From positions 1 to 47,898 of the forward strand of contig JANNTD010000127.1 of assembly GCA_031403315.1 (NCBI GenBank): a stretch of 47,898 nt of DNA, read 5' to 3'. The notes beneath the pieces are model-generated. The model saw only the letters and a program-made list of their open reading frames with translations. It had not been told where the DNA came from and did not search any database. Made by a program: the position numbers and the translations under genes. Position 1 is the first letter of the stretch; every line of letters starts with the position of its first letter. Below, piece after piece: positions 16,874-23,482 of the stretch. This DNA is from Planctomycetota bacterium (GTDB lineage Bacteria > Planctomycetota > Planctomycetia > Pirellulales > Lacipirellulaceae).

Positions 16874-17254
16874 TCACCGGACAGTGTAGCAGACGACGCC
16901 CAGCACGAGGGCAACCACCGTCGTGGCGATGAGCAGGGTGCGGAGGCTGAATCGCCATTTCAGCTCAGGCACGTAAGCGGCCATGACAGTTAGCCCAAAT
17001 GCCAACAGAGTCCAAAACCCGACAATCAGCAGCCATGCCAGTGGTGTCTGCGGCGAAGCCCCAAATGCCGAAATTTCGTAATGCGGTTTCCCGATCAACT
17101 TGGCCAAACCAAACCACAGTGCTGGGATGTTGATCCAGAAAAAAAATGGCAGAATGAACAGCATCCCGAGACCAGGAATCCAAAACAATATCGCTGGACT
17201 GTTCAGCACCGCCGTCAAAATGAGCAGATGCTTGACGTGTTTCATGGCCGCCAT
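16874..17254 (-). CDS. Hypothetical small polytopic membrane protein
   Basis: 126 aa with four hydrophobic segments. C-terminal RFSLRTLLIATTVVALVLGVV. Less GC-rich than the flanks. Confidence 0.45.
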   Translation of the reverse strand: MAAMKHVKHLLILTAVLNSPAILFWIPGLGMLFILPFFFWINIPALWFGLAKLIGKPHYEISAFGASPQTPLAWLLIVGFWTLLAFGLTVMAAYVPELKWRFSLRTLLIATTVVALVLGVVCYTVR

Positions 17255-17458
17255 TCCTCCGCCGGACAGTGTACCACGGGGGTTTGCACGAAAACTAACC
17301 GGCTGCGGAGGCGAAACGCCAAGACAGTCCTCCCAAGAATGAGCAGGGGCGAATCAGCCTCGATGATGAGCTCTGCCGCAGGGCGAAAGTTCTTGTGAGC
17401 TGTAGAGCCTCACCGGCAAACACGCCAGTAGCAGGTCGGCGGGATTGAACGAGGGTGA

Positions 17459-17956
17459 CTACTGCCGAATTTCACGCTGAGGCGTTTGGGGTGCAGTCGC
17501 GGACCAGAGAGAGTCGTATTCGGCAGCGTCGACTTCGCGTTGTTGCATGTTGAGGAAGCCGACGAGGCGTTTGTCGCCGTCGCCAGTCGCTTCGAAGACG
17601 ACCGGCTCGCTGCTGCCCCTCACGTTGCCGGGAACGCCATAGCGGATTTTGAATGGCTGGCCGTCGCGTTCGCTGATGAAGAGCTCGTCGATCTTGGCGG
17701 GATCGATGCCGATGCGGGTTAGTTTGTCCGGGTTGATGCTGTGAATATACTTCTTGAACTGGGCTTCGTCGGCGGGCCCACGCCAATCGTTCTCGGTTTG
17801 GAACGCAAAGTAAAGATTGGCGATCCGCTGCAAGTTCGTTTCGTTGGCTTTGGCGAGCGCGTTGGTCGGGTCCGAGCTATTGGAGCAGCCTGCCATCGCA
17901 ACGATCAGCCAAACGGCAGCGCCGACGACAAGACTTCGAGCGGTAAGTTTTACCAC
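17459..17956 (-). CDS. Putative lipoprotein downstream of the DUF1559 gene
   Basis: GTG 17956 gives MVKLTARSLVVGAAVWLIVAMAGC-SNSS: a basic n-region, hydrophobic core and lipobox-like AMAGC. 25 nt after the DUF1559 stop. The first 137 codons of the listed 302-aa ORF overlap that gene out of frame. Confidence 0.5.
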   Translation of the reverse strand: MVKLTARSLVVGAAVWLIVAMAGCSNSSDPTNALAKANETNLQRIANLYFAFQTENDWRGPADEAQFKKYIHSINPDKLTRIGIDPAKIDELFISERDGQPFKIRYGVPGNVRGSSEPVVFEATGDGDKRLVGFLNMQQREVDAAEYDSLWSATAPQTPQREIRQ

Positions 17957-17981
17957 GATTCGCGTCCGTGAAAACCAAGAA

Positions 17982-19031
17982 CTACAGTGACTCGAGCGAC
18001 GGATTCGATTGATCCGCGCGTTTTCCGAGCATATCAAGTACGAGCACGTCTGCCGATGAAGAGATCGGTCGCGTCGAACCGTCGCCAAAGACGGCACAAA
18101 TGATTCCCGGATGGGCGGAACCAAAGCCAAACTCGTCGGCACGTGTCCGGGATTCATTATCTCCGAGAATAGGATACTCCGGATTTGTCGATGTGGAGCC
18201 GGGAGGCTTAACAGCAAACATTCGCATGATCGGCCAATCTGCTCCTGTGTAGTAGCCGTAAATCTCCCAAAATTGAAAGGCGTTGATCGTGTAATTCGCG
18301 CTCGACACCGCCTTCTCGGCCAACAAGATCGTGTGAGAAGCGCCATCTTCGATAGACTTGAATCCAACTCCCTGAAATTTCCAGACCTGCGGCGGCGTTG
18401 CGATACTAACTTGTCCGCCCTTCACGAGAATTCCAGTCCAAGTCAGATACTGCTCGCTTGTCTTCGGATTATTAGGATCGCTTATTTTCGGTGCTTTATT
18501 GACCTCCCAGGCGAAGCCCGGCCAATTCGGATCAAACCAACTCGCCATGACACCCGCGTAATCGCCGAGTGAGTAGATCGTGGTCGCAATCACAGCAAAA
18601 CGAGGGCCCCTGGACGGGCAATTGAAGAGCGAAACCTGTACCTCCGAAAGACCACTCTTGACAAATCCTGCGTTGGCAGCACTTGTGCCCTTCCTCAAAT
18701 CGTACAAGGACTGCTGCTCGATATTCGGCAGAATTTGATACATCCAACTGGCACCCTCGTATCCAAACGAAGCCTTGGACAATTCGGCGGCGTTGAAGTA
18801 TTGATTTACCGCGCCGCCCGCGGTGGGAAACACCTTTTTCTGTGACTCGAACAAGTGGCAGGCCAGGCCGAGCTGCCGCATGTTGTTGAGACATTGCGAC
18901 CGCCGCGCCGACTCGCGTGCCGCCTGAATTGCGGGGAGCAAGAGCGCAACGAGAATGCCGATGATGGCAATCACCACCAGGAGTTCAACCAAGGTGAAAC
19001 CTGGCGTCCGTGGGACAGGCTTACCATTCAT
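17982..19031 (-). CDS. DUF1559 / H-X9-DG pseudopilin-like protein
   Basis: [30 protein letters not shown] is a prepilin-type cleavage/methylation N-terminus. C-terminal [17 protein letters not shown] gives H-X9-DG. AAGGAG SD before ATG 19031. Confidence 0.85.
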   Translation of the reverse strand: MNGKPVPRTPGFTLVELLVVIAIIGILVALLLPAIQAARESARRSQCLNNMRQLGLACHLFESQKKVFPTAGGAVNQYFNAAELSKASFGYEGASWMYQILPNIEQQSLYDLRKGTSAANAGFVKSGLSEVQVSLFNCPSRGPRFAVIATTIYSLGDYAGVMASWFDPNWPGFAWEVNKAPKISDPNNPKTSEQYLTWTGILVKGGQVSIATPPQVWKFQGVGFKSIEDGASHTILLAEKAVSSANYTINAFQFWEIYGYYTGADWPIMRMFAVKPPGSTSTNPEYPILGDNESRTRADEFGFGSAHPGIICAVFGDGSTRPISSSADVLVLDMLGKRADQSNPSLESL

Positions 19032-19217
19032 TCCCAATGCTCCTTGAGTTTCGCGTTTTGAATTGGCTGTTGGAGGGTCGGTCAAGAGGGGCACATTCGC
19101 TGTCAGCGACATCGGCTGCGCTATTGATGTTGCAATGTCAAAGGTTCGGTCGACGTCGCCGGCGGAGACTGAAAAGTAGGTCGCGGCGCCCCCCGCCGGC
19201 CGCGGCCTCATGCCGCG

Positions 19218-20102
19218 TCAAGTGGCGCGGCGGTAACCCATTAACAGTGTGATGGATGCCGCAATTGCCAAGCAGCAAGAGCCCGGCTCTGGAACTGCAG
19301 CCGCACCGAGACTCCCACTGCCGCCACCGACGAAACTCGATTTCCACAGGTCGTAGTCCGCTGCGACGACGGTTGCGGCGCCGGTGCCGTTTCCATTGAG
19401 CGCCGCGGCGTCGCCGCCCAAATTGTCGCGCCAGGTGGTGTAGTCCGCTGCGTCGACTTGGCTGTCATCGTTGTAGTCGCCCGGAAGTCCCTCCGGTGCA
19501 ATCGTCTCGATTGTGAGGGTGCCCAAGGGACCAGCGTCGGTGATCCAGACGTTAGGTCCTTGGGTGTTGAACCCGTACTGCACATGCCGCCCCGGCTCGG
19601 CGCTCGTATCGAGCGTGACGCTGAACGGGCCGGGAGTGAGCACCATGGTGGTCGTTTCAAACGTTGAGTAGTCCGGAGCAAAATCGCGGATAAAGGCGAT
19701 GGACTCATAAGGACTGACAAACGTGTTGGTAAGCACGGTGCCAGTGAACGTGACCGACTGGCCGGCGAGCGTGTCGTTTTGTTCGACGTATAAGTTGGCG
19801 TCCATCCATTTGTTACCCATCGCGCCGGGTCCGCCGGCTGGGGTGTACCAGAAGGCGTTCGGGTCATCGACGGAATTGGGCGCGAGCGTCAGCGTGGAAC
19901 CGGAGAAATTCGAGACCAGGTCGGCGGTGCCCCAGCCGCTGCCGAAGACGTAGCCAAAGCCATTCTCAGGAAGTTCGAAGACATTCATGAAACCCAGCCA
20001 CGGGGCCGTTGAGTCGACTTCGAAGGTGACCGCTGCGCAGGGTGTGGAAGTCGAGCAAAGCAAAACGCCTCCCACAATCGACCACAAGTATCCGCGTGTC
20101 AT
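19218..20102 (-). CDS. Secreted protein with dockerin-like repeats and PEP-CTERM anchor
   Basis: Signal-like MTRGYLWSIVGGVLLCSTSTPCAA. GDYNDDSQVDAADYTTWRDNLGG and VVAADYDLWKSSF are paired EF-hand/dockerin-like repeats. C-terminal VPEPGSCCLAIAASITLLMGYRRAT. Confidence 0.8.
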   Translation of the reverse strand: MTRGYLWSIVGGVLLCSTSTPCAAVTFEVDSTAPWLGFMNVFELPENGFGYVFGSGWGTADLVSNFSGSTLTLAPNSVDDPNAFWYTPAGGPGAMGNKWMDANLYVEQNDTLAGQSVTFTGTVLTNTFVSPYESIAFIRDFAPDYSTFETTTMVLTPGPFSVTLDTSAEPGRHVQYGFNTQGPNVWITDAGPLGTLTIETIAPEGLPGDYNDDSQVDAADYTTWRDNLGGDAAALNGNGTGAATVVAADYDLWKSSFVGGGSGSLGAAAVPEPGSCCLAIAASITLLMGYRRAT

Positions 20103-20583
20103 GATTCGTATTCCCCAAATTGAAACCGAACAAACAAGTCAAAGGCAAGAAAAACTAGGGTGCTGCAATGGCCGCAAGCCACGAACGGGACCGCCAAGTT
20201 GCATCTCGAGTGAGAAAAAAAGGAGCGAACCGCCGCCAAGCAACCGATCCGCGCCGCCATCGCCGCCGCCGTCGCAGAGAGCGAAAACCAACAAGTCACG
20301 TCACTCGGGCCACTCGAGACAACCCGGGATGCGCCCGCGGAAGTCGGTGCCGAGAAACGTTTGCGAAACAGTTTACAGGATACTATCTCGCTGTTTGTGC
20401 GTCAATTGATTAAGTGATTTTCTGAATAAGGAGGCGTGGGGTGGCCAAAAGTGTCGCGGTGAGCAGGTGGAAGAAACTGTTTCTCGGCCGGGTGGGTTGA
20501 ATTGACGGCTGTTTGAATAGAAGTGGCAGCGCGAATTGGGGAGTGGAAGTCGTGGCCGACGCCGCTACGTGGACCACCAGACT

Positions 20584-22017
20584 TTAAGTGGCGACTTCGG
20601 CGACTTCACCGATCATCGACGGCACGACGAGATACGCCAGCTCGTCGGCCGGCTTGTCGCTGTTGGCGAACGACTCGGCGTGGATCGGGTCGATCATCGA
20701 GAGGAAGCCGTCGCAGGTGAGATAGCCGAGCGGATGGTCGCCGGCGGTGACGACCAGCGTCGCGCAGCCGCGCGAGGAGAAGGCTTCGTAGATTTCCGGA
20801 AAACTGGCATCGAAAGAAATCGTTTCGGGCTGTTCGAGCGGCGCACCCGCTGGAGCGGCTGCCCGACCAACTTGAGTTTCGCCGGCCGCGTGTTCGTCGG
20901 CCGCCACGCCGACCAGCCGGCCCTCGTGATCGACATACGGCCGCACGGGAATGCCCGCGCGGCGGAGCGACTCGGCCAGCTCGCTTTGCTCGGCGTTCTG
21001 CTCGGTATTCTGTTCCAAGAGCGCGGGAAACGGTTCCATGATGTCCTGGGCGACGACGTTGGCGAACGGATTGCCGGTGGCCATTTCCTCCTGCCAGGCG
21101 GCGAGCTCCTTGTTGAACTCGCCGTGCAGGACGACGCAGTCGCCGCCGGAGTGGATGGCCAGGTCGAGCGTCTCCATGGCCTCGTTGAGGAAGTGGTCCG
21201 CATTGATGCCGGCCGCATTGTCTCCGGCTGACCACGGCACGACGGCGCTCGTGAGCGTCGGTCGCGGGATCGACTCGTGATGACTCTCGCGGCTGCCAAA
21301 ATCTTTGGCGAGCGTTTCGGCGACGCCCTTGGCGGCGGCGAGCGATTGGCCCACGAGCAGCGTGGCGAATCGGCCGTCGCCAAAGTAGGCCGAGACGGCA
21401 CTCTCGCCGACGGCCCGCTTGATGGCCCGGGCCGCCGTGCTCACCAGACCGCGGCTCGCGGTCTCGCCGCTCTTGCGTCGGATGCCGACGTACCAATCGA
21501 TCGACGTGACCAACAGCGCGTGCTGCGACGAACCGACTTCGTCGCTGGCCGCGAGCTTGCGCAGTTTGCGGAGCAGGCCGCGCCGCGAATACATGCCGGG
21601 CACCGTGCAGCGCGACGACTGGAACTGCAGCCGGCGCTCGAATTCGAGATAGCGGGCCCCGGTTCGGACGCGGGCTAGCAATTCGCCGCGGCTCACGGGT
21701 GTGCGGAGCGCGTCGTGGGCCCCGGCGGCGTACCAGCCGGCGAAATCGGTGTGCTTCGCCGGGTCGTAGAGAAAGATCCGATAAAGCGGGTTGTCGGAGT
21801 CGTGGGCAAACGTGGCGGCGGTCGGCTCGGCCACGTTGCGGCCGTCGACGATCACGAAGTCGGTGAGCGAATAGCGCCGCCAATGGGCGTCCTGGTCGAA
21901 GTCGTTGGTCGTCTGGACCTTGTACCCGACGGCCTCGAGGACCCAGGAAACTTCATGCAGCAGCGACACGTCTTGCGAGACCACAACAACGTGCAGGGGA
22001 CGGGGATCGGACGACAT
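20584..22017 (-). CDS. Receiver-like - degenerate GGDEF - CBS-pair protein
   Basis: N-terminus LHVVVVSQDVSLL...DFVIVDG is CheY-like. The middle follows GGDEF-domain spacing (MYSRRGLL, LLVTSIDWYVGI, SAYFGDGRFATLL in place of RYGGDEFAILL). The C-terminus has two CBS-like units (VAQDIMEP...VDHEGRLVGV; ATLVVTAGDHPLGYLT). Confidence 0.7.
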   Translation of the reverse strand: MSSDPRPLHVVVVSQDVSLLHEVSWVLEAVGYKVQTTNDFDQDAHWRRYSLTDFVIVDGRNVAEPTAATFAHDSDNPLYRIFLYDPAKHTDFAGWYAAGAHDALRTPVSRGELLARVRTGARYLEFERRLQFQSSRCTVPGMYSRRGLLRKLRKLAASDEVGSSQHALLVTSIDWYVGIRRKSGETASRGLVSTAARAIKRAVGESAVSAYFGDGRFATLLVGQSLAAAKGVAETLAKDFGSRESHHESIPRPTLTSAVVPWSAGDNAAGINADHFLNEAMETLDLAIHSGGDCVVLHGEFNKELAAWQEEMATGNPFANVVAQDIMEPFPALLEQNTEQNAEQSELAESLRRAGIPVRPYVDHEGRLVGVAADEHAAGETQVGRAAAPAGAPLEQPETISFDASFPEIYEAFSSRGCATLVVTAGDHPLGYLTCDGFLSMIDPIHAESFANSDKPADELAYLVVPSMIGEVAEVAT

Positions 22018-22264
22018 CGCTGTTAACCCTCTGAATCTGGAAATGGGCTGAAACTGGAGATGGGCTTTCCGAATGCCGGGATTGGCGCGTTTGATCCACT
22101 CACAACCCTAGCACAGGCCGAATTCGCAGGCCGCCGGAATCGCCCCGCCGGCCCCGGGATAGTCGGCAAATGCTAGGCTTTCTCATGGGTAGGACCGCAG
22201 AATCCGGCGAGGCTGCCCGCGCGCGAACCGATCATTCCATCCCGGCCGCACCAGTCGCACGAAC

Positions 22265-23437
22265 GTGCGCTCGTCGTCCGACCAAGCTCACCCCCTGCCG
22301 ACCAACACCGTGACCCACATCACGCTTTCGAAAAAGACGACTTCCAAACCGAGTCTCGAGTTCTATTCCGACGGCAACGGCGAACTCCGCCGGGTGACGA
22401 TCGAGAACTTTCCATTTCGCATCGGCCGAGCGGAGACGGCGGACCTGCGCGTCGAATCGGTCGAGGTCTCGCGCGAGCACGTCGAGATCGTCGAGCGGAA
22501 CGGCATGTGGCTGGTCCGCGACTTGGGCAGCACCAACGGCACGCAAGTCAACGGCAAGTCGATCAAGGAGACGCTGCTGGCCGACGGCGACATCCTGCGA
22601 GTCGCCGAGACGGAGCTGACGTTTGTCGCGTCGTCGGCGTCGCAGTTTCAGCGGATGGTGACGCAGCCGATCCAAGCGAAGAAAGCGTCGGCCGCGGCTC
22701 CGAGTTCGCTGGCACCCGAGATCGCCGCCACGCGAATGATGACCGAAGCCACGCTCTGGCAAGCGATCCCGGCCCAATTGTTCGCGGCCACTTCGCTGCG
22801 GCATGGAGTGACGGAAGCCTTTTTTGCGCCGGCGACCGCGAGCGCGCAGCAGTTGCCGCTGTTCGACCAGCCGCACGCGGTGGGTGATCGCTACCGCGAA
22901 CTGGAGCGGATGCGAGCGCTCGAGCTGGCGATCGAACGGGCCGACACGAGCCGCTTGTTTCTCGCCGTGGGTGCCGCAGAAAGCGAGTCGCCGCATCGGC
23001 TGTTTTCCAGTATCAAGCAATTTCAAGGACTCCTGCCGAGCGGTTGGGAGCTGGGCATCACAATCTCGTTGCCGACCGACGTCGACATTTTGCGAATCAC
23101 CGAAATCTACCGCGAGGCGCGGGACCACGGCCTGCTCGTGGCATTTGACGAGTTCCAAGGCAACGGCGGGCAAGTGATGCACTTGGAATCGCTGCTGCCC
23201 GATTACCTGGTGCTGGCCGCGAACATGACGAAGGACCTGACGTCGACGCGGCAACCGCTGCGGAGATTGGAGTCGCTGCTGGCGGCCTGCGAAGAGCTGG
23301 TGATCAAACCGGTGCTGCCGCGCAACGACTCGGGCCACGCCATCGCGTTGTGCCAGGAAATCGGCTTCGACCTGGTGCTGCAATCGGCCACGCGCCGAGC
23401 GGCGCCGCCCGTTGCGGAACTGAGTGCGTCGGTTTAG
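22265..23437 (+). CDS. FHA domain protein with degenerate EAL-like C-terminal domain
   Basis: FPFRIGRAETADLRVESVEVSREHVEIVERNGMWLVRDLGSTNGTQVNG...DGDILRV is a canonical FHA domain. The C-terminus keeps EAL-domain spacing (TEAFFAP, RLFLAVG, LLVAFDEFQGNGGQVMHLESLLPDYLVLA) but lacks most catalytic residues. GTG start assumed; no in-frame ATG precedes the FHA domain. Confidence 0.7.
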   Translation: MRSSSDQAHPLPTNTVTHITLSKKTTSKPSLEFYSDGNGELRRVTIENFPFRIGRAETADLRVESVEVSREHVEIVERNGMWLVRDLGSTNGTQVNGKSIKETLLADGDILRVAETELTFVASSASQFQRMVTQPIQAKKASAAAPSSLAPEIAATRMMTEATLWQAIPAQLFAATSLRHGVTEAFFAPATASAQQLPLFDQPHAVGDRYRELERMRALELAIERADTSRLFLAVGAAESESPHRLFSSIKQFQGLLPSGWELGITISLPTDVDILRITEIYREARDHGLLVAFDEFQGNGGQVMHLESLLPDYLVLAANMTKDLTSTRQPLRRLESLLAACEELVIKPVLPRNDSGHAIALCQEIGFDLVLQSATRRAAPPVAELSASV

Positions 23438-23482
23438 TTGCGGATAGTTTCTCGTCCAAGCGATCGCGAGCGTGTGAACCTC

